Part shown: positions 8,133-15,625 of the stretch, piece after piece
Numbering within the stretch: position 1 is the stretch's first letter
Layout of the letters: every line of letters starts with the position of its first letter
IMG/VR virus record: IMGVR_UViG_3300007535_000003
Span: 33,238 to 97,237 of that record
Strand: one strand, 5' to 3'
Source: a virus
DNA length: 64,000 nt
Translations under genes and position numbers: made by a program
Notes under the pieces: generated by a model
Told to the model about the DNA's origin: nothing
What the model saw: only the letters and a program-made list of their open reading frames with translations
Database searches by the model: none

Positions 8133-8390
8133 ATGGAAAAACGTTATGCCCTTAACAGGGGAGACATCTTAGTCTTACTGTTAAATGGGAAGAAAAAGAC
8201 ATTTAGGGTCTTATCCTCAAAAGATAGCATGGGAAAAGACGCCGACAGTAGTAATAAGAAAGAGCCTTTGGATCTCAATATAAGTAGCGAGCTATTCAAA
8301 GAGATCGAAAAGAAACTGCCTGAAGTATTTTTTAAGAAAATCCGATGGAAATCTAACTCAGTAAGATTATTAAGCGTTAAAAGGAGCTAA
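8133..8390 (+). CDS. hypothetical protein
   Basis: 85-aa ORF in operon. Confidence 0.6.
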   Translation: MEKRYALNRGDILVLLLNGKKKTFRVLSSKDSMGKDADSSNKKEPLDLNISSELFKEIEKKLPEVFFKKIRWKSNSVRLLSVKRS

Positions 8391-8393
8391 GAC

Positions 8394-8837
8394 ATGTGGA
8401 AATCTAACTCAAAGCAAAGCAAAGACAAAATAAGTAAGGGCAGTTTAGTAATTATTGACATGCCCGACTTTATTGGAGAATATGTACCTTCAATAAGTAA
8501 GGTAGCGTGTAGCTACAAAGAAAAGATGCTACATTTCTCTAATGTTAGCAATGCTTTTGGTAGCTTATTTGGTGAAGAACACCATTTAATAGAAGTACCA
8601 AGAGCAGTCATACTCTATAACAAGACACATTTTCTTAAGAGTGTATTAGAGCTATCTGAAGCATATAAAGAAGATAGCTTAGATTCTTTATTCTTTTACG
8701 GTCGTAAAATAGTACTACCAGTCCATGAGGGATACTTAATGCCGGTAAGTAAAATAAAGGATCCACACAAAAGAGGACTATGTTATAGAGAATGGGAAAT
8801 GTTAAAGACTAAGGGATATAGTAACCTTATAACCTAA
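8394..8837 (+). CDS. hypothetical protein
   Basis: 147-aa ORF in operon. Confidence 0.65.
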   Translation: MWKSNSKQSKDKISKGSLVIIDMPDFIGEYVPSISKVACSYKEKMLHFSNVSNAFGSLFGEEHHLIEVPRAVILYNKTHFLKSVLELSEAYKEDSLDSLFFYGRKIVLPVHEGYLMPVSKIKDPHKRGLCYREWEMLKTKGYSNLIT

Positions 8838-8898
8838 CTTAACTAACAAACGATTTACTTACGCTGCTAGCTAGGGCTTTAGCGGACTCGGGTTCGAT

Positions 8899-9519
8899 CA
8901 AAAGGTCGAAGTTAAACTGGGTGAATTCAGGGAAACCTAAGTCACAATGATAAGGCAACCCTGAGCCAAGCCCTTAAGAGGGAAGGTGCAGAGACTACCT
9001 GAATACAGGCTAGAGCGCCCAGCACTTAAAAGTGAAGAGATAGTCCGATACTCCTGAGAAATTAGGAGAAGAAGCGAGATGTAAATTCTTGACGTTTTGA
9101 TAAGGTTTCTTTTGTATATTTACCATTACGAGGTGTTATACTCTTCAATTCGTTAAGTATCATATCTATACGTCTACGCTTCTTGGGATGTCTGGAATTT
9201 ATGTAAGATAGTACGTTTATACATTTAGGTAAATAAGTATACCTCAGCTCATAATTAGTAAAATCACCTGATTTTTTAGTACAAATGAATCCATTATGAC
9301 CTGTTTCAAGTTTAATAAATTTTTCTATTTCCACAAGTAGGTCATATTCGTTATTACTAAAAGAAATAACAGGTGATCTTTCGCAATTCTTATGTAAACG
9401 TAAAAATGTTATCGTGCCGTCAGCATCAAAGAAACCTGTAATATATTCCCAACCCATATTTTTATTGAATATACGGACGCAGGTTTGAAATGTTACTGTT
9501 CCAGATGTTTTAACTATTG
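8899..9519 (+). mobile_element. group I intron in the tmRNA T-loop
   Basis: P1 with U.G at the splice site (TTCGAT/GTCGAA); P GAATTCAGGGAAAC 8923; Q AACCCTGAGCCAAG 8957; R GTGCAGAGACTA 8986; S AAGAGATAGTCC 9035; P3 CTGGGTG/CGCCCAG; extra P7.1 hairpin (IA-like); terminal G9519. Confidence 0.92.
9062..9457 (-). CDS. single-motif LAGLIDADG homing endonuclease, antisense within the intron
   Basis: N-terminal YITGFFDADGTI motif, 131 aa, located in the P9 region of the intron. Confidence 0.9.
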   Translation of the reverse strand: MGWEYITGFFDADGTITFLRLHKNCERSPVISFSNNEYDLLVEIEKFIKLETGHNGFICTKKSGDFTNYELRYTYLPKCINVLSYINSRHPKKRRRIDMILNELKSITPRNGKYTKETLSKRQEFTSRFFS

Positions 9520-9552
9520 TCCCGAAGGCTCCACTTATCTAAACACTGTATT

Positions 9553-9693
9553 ATGAAAGCATTAAAACTACCACGGAAGGAGAAAAAGAGACGTAAGAAG
9601 GAGATACAAAAGTATCTAAGAAATGTTCTTAAGGTAGAAGCTAATACTAAAAACATCCGATTATCGGAAATAGGATACAGGCTAGTAAAATAG
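9553..9693 (+). CDS. 46-aa highly basic protein in the tmRNA intervening spacer
   Basis: MKALKLPRKEKKRRKKEIQKYLRNVLKVEANTKNIRLSEIGYRLVK*. Confidence 0.45.
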   Translation: MKALKLPRKEKKRRKKEIQKYLRNVLKVEANTKNIRLSEIGYRLVK

Positions 9694-9812
9694 CCCGTTG
9701 CCAATGATAGCAGTAGGGCAGGTGAGGAGAAAATATTATAATTTCACGGAGGTTGGTAACTCAGGTAGCCCCTGGGGTGTAACCTGCCCTTTGTTTTCAA
9801 CGTTAAAAATAT

Positions 9813-9955
9813 GGGGCCTAATTGGTTTTGACGTTATGGTACCCAGTTAGCACGAAAGGTGTAAGTAATTTTTAAATGGCGAATCTGAAATGATGCAATT
9901 GCTTAGAGCAGCTGCTTAATCGGTGAGTCTTGGGGGACATTAATAGTCCCCCTTT
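9813..9955 (+). ncRNA. ssrA: two-piece tmRNA, coding (5') piece; tag (A)GESEMMQLLRAAA
   Basis: Starts GGGGCCTAATTGGTTTTGAC; GGGGCCT pairs with AGGCTCC including G3.U70; resume context TAAAT-GGC at 9878; tag ends GCT GCT TAA at 9919. Confidence 0.9.
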
Positions 9956-9960
9956 TTCTT
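9932..9960 (+). terminator. intrinsic terminator ending the tmRNA coding piece
   Basis: GGGGGAC/GTCCCCC stem followed by a T-run. Confidence 0.85.
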
Positions 9961-9982
9961 TAACCATTAAAACTAACCAAAC

Positions 9983-10531
9983 ATGGATAACTTATTTAGG
10001 AAGACACTACTCCAAGATCTTAAAGATCAATATTTGGAGTTACGGAAAGACTTCTTTAGGGCTAAAAAAAGAGGCAACAAAAGGGAAGCAAATTCCCTGC
10101 GAGAACAGCTTTCAACACTTTCCGCCTTAATCGGAGAAATTGAGAATATGGAAAAGAAGAAAGCATCATCCAGCTTTGAAGGAGACAAAAAGTACTTAAG
10201 GAAATACTTATTTGATACACTAACTGCTTCTTTGACTGAATCCAAAGATAGTCGTAAAGGTAGACTTTTCAGAGATAAGTGTATCAACGAAGTTGCAACT
10301 ATAACGAAAGCTTCTCATAAGCACTTGTTTGAAGAAGATGATAAGTTAAGTCCAGAAGAGGCGTATAATATCATTAATACGCTTAGTAAGTTTGGTATGA
10401 AGGAATTCAGGGAAAGAATCAGTGAAGCAAGAAAAGACGACAGGGGTAGAGACAGAATTGTCAAGTTTGTCTTTTCAAATTCACCTGAAGATCGAAATAA
10501 AATCGATATGGTGATTAAGAAAGTTCTATAA
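9983..10531 (+). CDS. hypothetical protein
   Basis: 182 aa, coiled-coil-like N-terminus. Confidence 0.7.
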   Translation: MDNLFRKTLLQDLKDQYLELRKDFFRAKKRGNKREANSLREQLSTLSALIGEIENMEKKKASSSFEGDKKYLRKYLFDTLTASLTESKDSRKGRLFRDKCINEVATITKASHKHLFEEDDKLSPEEAYNIINTLSKFGMKEFRERISEARKDDRGRDRIVKFVFSNSPEDRNKIDMVIKKVL

Positions 10532-10552
10532 ACCCTGAAAAAACCGATTAAA

Positions 10553-11611
10553 ATGAACAAATACAATGCTTCTGCATCGGAATTATTTGATGCAGCCGAA
10601 TACTTTTACAAAATGGCTGTCCGTTTTGAAGACAGGTATTGGAATCATGGCAACAACCAAAGTGATATGAGTGCCATGCATATGTACAAACTGAAAGCTG
10701 CTGAAGCTGAAAGCTACGCTGAATTGCTTATTCAAGAGGGGTTAAGCAATACCCTAGGATTTGGTCCTGAATGGATTAAAAAGAATTTTGTAGCTCTTAA
10801 TCCAGCTAATATTAAAAGTGAGGTAAGTAAAGCTAAAGAAGCTGGTAAAAGTGAAATCCCTAATGCTGAAATAGTTAATGATGAAGCTGAATTCATTAGC
10901 AAAAAAGTAGGTATGAAATTACGGGAAGAAGAAGCAGCTGTACTTAGCAAAAAAAGGCAAATACGTGAAAGTGAACCTCCATTTGTAACTAGCTTACGTT
11001 CTGAAATTATAGAACTACTTGAAAAAGGTCTAAGGGGCGAATTGGTTACATTATTAACTAAGTTCCATTTTAGGGATGTTGAATATCCTGCAGAAAGAGC
11101 TTACAGGTTTATCAACTTAGTTAAAGAGCAATTCAATATATTAGAACCCTCAAGTTCTTTAAAAGAAGCTAAAACAGCCAGAAGGGTAGCTGAACTAAAA
11201 ACTCAGCTGCTTAATAAAAAGAGAAGAGAATTCAGGAAAAAGTACACTAAAAAGCATGGTAAATTGCCTAAGCCCGAATTACTCAATGCTATACAACTAA
11301 GCGATCAGGAAATAGCTCCTTTAGTTGAAAAAGCTAATAAATGGGGCACAGAAAAGATACCTGTAAATACCTATGTTTATGCTAGATACACGGTACATAA
11401 TTGTAATGGTGTAGATGTAGAAGAGGGCTATGCCAAAAGACATAAGAATAAGCCTAATGAGCTATGGCATAGCAATAGGTTTGTATGCTTCTTAAGTGAT
11501 GTAGAGAAGTGGAGACCTATCTACGATATCATTCACAACAAAGAAAGGGAGATGAAGTGGTATTTCAATAACAACCCTGTATCAGGCAAATATCAAAGAA
11601 ATAAAGTTTAA
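10553..11611 (+). CDS. hypothetical protein
   Basis: 352-aa ORF. Confidence 0.75.
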   Translation: MNKYNASASELFDAAEYFYKMAVRFEDRYWNHGNNQSDMSAMHMYKLKAAEAESYAELLIQEGLSNTLGFGPEWIKKNFVALNPANIKSEVSKAKEAGKSEIPNAEIVNDEAEFISKKVGMKLREEEAAVLSKKRQIRESEPPFVTSLRSEIIELLEKGLRGELVTLLTKFHFRDVEYPAERAYRFINLVKEQFNILEPSSSLKEAKTARRVAELKTQLLNKKRREFRKKYTKKHGKLPKPELLNAIQLSDQEIAPLVEKANKWGTEKIPVNTYVYARYTVHNCNGVDVEEGYAKRHKNKPNELWHSNRFVCFLSDVEKWRPIYDIIHNKEREMKWYFNNNPVSGKYQRNKV

Positions 11612-11626
11612 CCTAAGTAACATATT

Positions 11627-12151
11627 ATGTCAAAAAGTAAAAAAGAAAGAAACACTTCACACGACGCAATAGAGTTAATACTCGTAAGCGTGCGTATCAA
11701 CGAGCTCAGGAGCTTAAGGTTACGGTTATTTAACGACATTTATTTAATACGTTCAACCTGTCAAAACTCCAAGTTTACAAGAGCTTCTAGTACTATCAAC
11801 AATATGAGTTTACTCATAAGCGAGATAGATGCTAGAAGAAAAAGCTTAACAAGGAGAAGTAGATCCTTGATGGTAAGAATGATTAAGCTAACCAATAAAA
11901 CATTTCAAGAAAAACCATCAGAGCTAGTGCCCTTACACAATAAAGATATTGAAACTGGGTATGTAGAACTGACGGAAGTAACTGAACAAGGTGAACTTAT
12001 ACCCCATTTACTACTACTTGATAGTGGTAAAATAGAACCAGCTAACAATGTAAGAGCTAAACAGATCATGGCAAGAGGTCCCAGCTATACCGGGTTCACC
12101 TTCGATAAAATAAAAGCCTTGGCTATAATGTCTGAAACCTGGCCAAGGTAG
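11627..12151 (+). CDS. hypothetical protein
   Basis: 174-aa ORF. Confidence 0.7.
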   Translation: MSKSKKERNTSHDAIELILVSVRINELRSLRLRLFNDIYLIRSTCQNSKFTRASSTINNMSLLISEIDARRKSLTRRSRSLMVRMIKLTNKTFQEKPSELVPLHNKDIETGYVELTEVTEQGELIPHLLLLDSGKIEPANNVRAKQIMARGPSYTGFTFDKIKALAIMSETWPR

Positions 12152-12215
12152 CACATAATATTTTTTGTGGTTTGAGTCGATTTAGGTGCGAGCCTATTTC
12201 GGCTTCAATTTTTGT
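12152..12215 (+). ncRNA. candidate antisense sRNA to the AACCACAAA/AUG leaders
   Basis: CATAATATTTTTTGTGGTTTG followed by a GCGA-tetraloop hairpin and a T-rich tail. Confidence 0.55.
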
Positions 12216-13450
12216 AGCAGTTCTTGAGAGAACCTTCACCCTACCGCCTTTGGATTCGGCAATGTTGGGAATACCAAGGACAATGCCTACTACCTATTAG
12301 CTACTCAATATCTACAAAACTACTCTCCTTATGAAGTATCCTAGGAAGATGGGTTCCAATTATTGATTTAAGCGCACTCTGAGGAACTGGCAGACCCGAT
12401 GGATACATTAAGGTAAATAGGTCTAACGCAACCCATGGTCAAATCCGTACTCTTAAGTGTGTGGGTATTACCCTTAAGAGCTTATGCATGCTCGCACTTC
12501 CCTTTACGAAAAGGTTGAACTAAGAAGTAACTGAATACGGGGCTGTATATACTGTATACAGTGGGGCTGGAAACACCAGAAGACTACGATGATGCTACCT
12601 AGTAAATAGGCCAAGTGAACACTTAACTTTGAATTAAGTTAGTAACGGGGGGTCCAAATTCCTTAGAGTCGTTGTATAGACCTTGAGTACCGAGTACAGA
12701 GTAGATAATTTATCCCCCAGTAAAGTGGTGTAGTTCAAGCCGCAGTAGCGAAATATGAACTGTCGTCTGTGATTTCGGCTGGGGTAAGAGGAGGAGGGAT
12801 GGATACGTGTGCTTCACCGTTTGTATGGTAAGAAGCTACATGTTATACGCCCTAGCCAAGATCTGAAGCATGAATCGTCAAGTTGGGGCTTAGGAATAAG
12901 TTTGATAAATAGCCTGCGATAGGTCGCAATCCCTATCAGTTTCAACCATCGAGTAATGTGGAGGATACATACATCAATGAGGCGGTAATGCCGCCCAGTA
13001 TCATGGTAGTGCGCTTTATAACTGATGCAGCCATTTCCAGTTATATTTGCTTGGAGCTACTTATGATGCGATACTCTGTAGGACAGAGGGTCTTTAAACT
13101 TAGCAGGTAACCGTAAGTGTGGAGAACAAAGTTAAGTCCCTAGAGTAGAACAGACCTCTAACAGTTCTACAAAATTCAAATAGTAAACAAGGGTTTACAA
13201 CGGAGCCGTTAGGCTGTTGTATAATATATACCCAAATAAATGTCAGTGTATTTCTTGCCTAACCACAGCAAGAGACTGACTAATAGTGACTATAAGAGTA
13301 TTAAGCTAAGGAGGTTGTGAGTGGATGTGGTTCATGAGGTACCAAGTGCATTTTAAAAGCTTGGGTGGATGACTTCATTGAATCATAGCTTAATATTAAG
13401 TAAGGAAATAGGACTGGGGCTTAAGAAAGTCCCAGCTCCCCAGTCCTTTT
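12216..13450 (+). ncRNA. candidate very large structured ncRNA (or cluster of ncRNAs)
   Basis: No ORF >=60 aa in any frame, higher GC, many hairpins and long-range complements, ends in a terminator. Confidence 0.65.
13410..13450 (+). terminator. intrinsic terminator
   Basis: AGGACTGGGG/CCCCAGTCCT stem followed by TTT. Confidence 0.75.
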
Positions 13451-13463
13451 AAACTATTAAAAA

Positions 13464-13778
13464 ATGAAGGTAAAAAAGTATAAATATCTAATACCTATAA
13501 TAAGCATAAAAGCTGAAGGTACCTTAGTACATTTGATACAGCGCAATATTCTGTACAAAGCTAAAAAAGTACTAGGGATCAAAATACCAATAGAAAAGAT
13601 CTTTCAAAAAGACAGGGGGATCTCAGCTTGGAAAGAGACAGCGGGTCATAAGCAGACTAAATGGAGAATAGTCTACATAAAAGATGAAGATAATAACATC
13701 AGATTAGGGCCCGTTATTCAAGACAAGAAACTTTTAAAGTTTTTAAACAAGATTACTAACCAAAATTATGCAAAATGA
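13464..13778 (+). CDS. hypothetical basic protein
   Basis: 104-aa ORF. Confidence 0.6.
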   Translation: MKVKKYKYLIPIISIKAEGTLVHLIQRNILYKAKKVLGIKIPIEKIFQKDRGISAWKETAGHKQTKWRIVYIKDEDNNIRLGPVIQDKKLLKFLNKITNQNYAK

Positions 13779-14275
13779 AAAGAGGAGCTAGCAAACCCAG
13801 TAGTGTTTTATCGCTTGGAGAAATAGTATATTTTCTACAAGAAGAGGTTGTAGACAATGACAACAAGTTGATAAGGACTACCTGGTATGATCCAAAGGGT
13901 ATAAGAGTAGTATCTGTTGTCTTAGACGGCAACAAAGTTGTAGTAAATCGAAAAGATATCGTCGAGTCTATTATGTCTAAAGGAGAGATAGAAGGAGACC
14001 ATAAGATATTTGAAATGTCTTTCGATATCAACAAAGAATCGATTTACACAGACAAAGATTCCGCAATAGAAGATGCGTGGGATCTCAATGAGAAGTCCCT
14101 GGAACAAAACAGGTATGCAGTATCTGAAAAGAAAAAGGAGTTATCTGACCTTGAAGAAAAAGTTAAAATGGTCAAAGTTCAGATAGATGCTGGAAATAAA
14201 GTATCTCAATTTCTCGAAGATTGGCTTGAAAAATTAGGTGATGGGGAAACCTACACTGATGATCAAGCTGTTTAA
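13775..14275 (+). CDS. hypothetical protein with C-terminal coiled coil
   Basis: 166-aa ORF. Confidence 0.7.
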   Translation: MKRGASKPSSVLSLGEIVYFLQEEVVDNDNKLIRTTWYDPKGIRVVSVVLDGNKVVVNRKDIVESIMSKGEIEGDHKIFEMSFDINKESIYTDKDSAIEDAWDLNEKSLEQNRYAVSEKKKELSDLEEKVKMVKVQIDAGNKVSQFLEDWLEKLGDGETYTDDQAV

Positions 14276-14312
14276 CCTTAAGAATTATTAACCAACTAAA
14301 CAATTTAAAAAA

Positions 14313-14735
14313 ATGGCTAAAAGCAAAAAGAAAGTACAAGATGAAGTACAGGAACAAGAAACTGCAACTACAGTGGAAAATGAAGCTACAGAAGCTTCTG
14401 GTTCAGACAACACCCAAACTGCTAACGCTGAGGATGATACGGTCTTTGGTACGGTAGTATGGAACGACAAAAAGAAGAAAGGATTTGGTTTTATCCAGAT
14501 GGATGGTGAAAAGCAAGAAGAAGGTAATGATATCTTTATGCACCATTCCCAAATTATGGCTTACAAAGATGGTAAGGTACCAAATCTTGAAGCTGGTGAT
14601 AGGGTATCCTTTATACTTGTAGATCCCCCGGAGAGCAATAGCAAACAAAAACCTATTGCTTCTGAAGTAGTTCTCGAGGAAAAAGCTCCCAAAGAGGATA
14701 AACCCAAAGAGGAAAGCAAATCTGAAAATAAGTAG
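14313..14735 (+). CDS. cold-shock domain (CSD) protein with acidic extensions
   Basis: GTVVWND.KKKGFGFI (RNP1), DIFMHHSQI (RNP2), LEAGDRVSF. Confidence 0.9.
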   Translation: MAKSKKKVQDEVQEQETATTVENEATEASGSDNTQTANAEDDTVFGTVVWNDKKKKGFGFIQMDGEKQEEGNDIFMHHSQIMAYKDGKVPNLEAGDRVSFILVDPPESNSKQKPIASEVVLEEKAPKEDKPKEESKSENK

Positions 14736-14766
14736 TGTTAAACTCTAAAAACTAAAAAGCTAACCA

Positions 14767-15222
14767 ATGGGTAAAAATAATCAGGAAAAACAGCAACAGA
14801 ATAAAGGTAATTCTCTTACTGATCCTATCAAAACTAAGAGCGGTAAGGAAATCAAGGGTTTAGAAACTGATGTTAACAAAGAAGTAAGCAGTATCATCAG
14901 TAATAGAAAGACTGAACCTTATGAAACAGTCAAAGGTAAATTGGCTGAAAAAGAGTTACAAAGAAGGGCAGATGTTTTAATGAATGCCCTTTATACGGAG
15001 TACCCAAAGGTGGTTAATATGGTCAAAGAAATAGGGCCGGATCTTGATCCAGAATACAACGAGGATGACAAGGAAGTAAAACCTAAACGTTATTCTGCTG
15101 AAGCCTGGAAAAAGAAGACCAAGACTCTAGAGAGATTTGAATCTCTTAAAAAGGCTATTGAGACTGTCAGAAAAGATGGCAACTATGAATTGCTGGACAA
15201 GTATTTTAATCAGTACAAATAA
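14767..15222 (+). CDS. hypothetical protein
   Basis: 151-aa ORF. Confidence 0.7.
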   Translation: MGKNNQEKQQQNKGNSLTDPIKTKSGKEIKGLETDVNKEVSSIISNRKTEPYETVKGKLAEKELQRRADVLMNALYTEYPKVVNMVKEIGPDLDPEYNEDDKEVKPKRYSAEAWKKKTKTLERFESLKKAIETVRKDGNYELLDKYFNQYK

Positions 15223-15230
15223 TAAGGCGT

Positions 15231-15617
15231 ATGGAAGACAAATTAAAGCTTCCAACCAGCATACAAAGAGAAATAGATGAGATAGCTTCATCAAGAAATG
15301 ATGAGGTAATGTCTCTAGTACACATCTGGCGCAACAGGCAAATAAAGTATAAGTTTGATCCTGTAGTTCATGATGGTAAGAGCAACAATCAATTAATAAG
15401 AGGAGGGTGCCAATGTTCATACTGTAAACACCTTAAACTCTATGTCCAAAAGAAGTTGGAACATCACAGATTGAAGAAGTTTATAGATAAGTGTGATATG
15501 TACGGCATAGAAGTAAGTGAACTGGATGATTTATTAAAAACCCTTGATGAGATTAAAATTAAAGTTCAGTATGAGAAATCTATTAAAGATAAAGTTAAAC
15601 AAGAACTAAAACTCTAG
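15231..15617 (+). CDS. hypothetical protein with a CxCxxC motif
   Basis: GCQCSYC; 128 aa. Confidence 0.7.
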   Translation: MEDKLKLPTSIQREIDEIASSRNDEVMSLVHIWRNRQIKYKFDPVVHDGKSNNQLIRGGCQCSYCKHLKLYVQKKLEHHRLKKFIDKCDMYGIEVSELDDLLKTLDEIKIKVQYEKSIKDKVKQELKL

Positions 15618-15625
15618 CAACCACT

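Larger units (their letters stand above)
8855..9533 (+). ncRNA. ssrA: two-piece tmRNA, acceptor (3') piece; exons 8855-8898 and 9520-9533
   Basis: Spliced sequence ...TAGC GGAC TCGGG TTCGATT CCCGA AGGCTCC A; pairs extensively with the coding piece at 9813-9868; CCA not fully encoded. Confidence 0.9.

Noticed and set aside
12088-12156. Minus-strand gene starting after the inverted AACCACAAA motif
   Set aside because: Only about 22 codons and almost entirely antisense to a plus-strand CDS; the antisense-RNA reading fits better, though this is not excluded.
12186-13220. Group II intron (GTGCG near the 5' end, GAGCCG near 13203)
   Set aside because: No convincing domain V or VI, no RT ORF and no interrupted gene.
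13423-13440. GAAAGTCCCAGCTCC resembles RNase P RNA conserved region I
   Set aside because: It lies in the terminator hairpin at the 3' end, and no matching CR-V or P4 partner was found.
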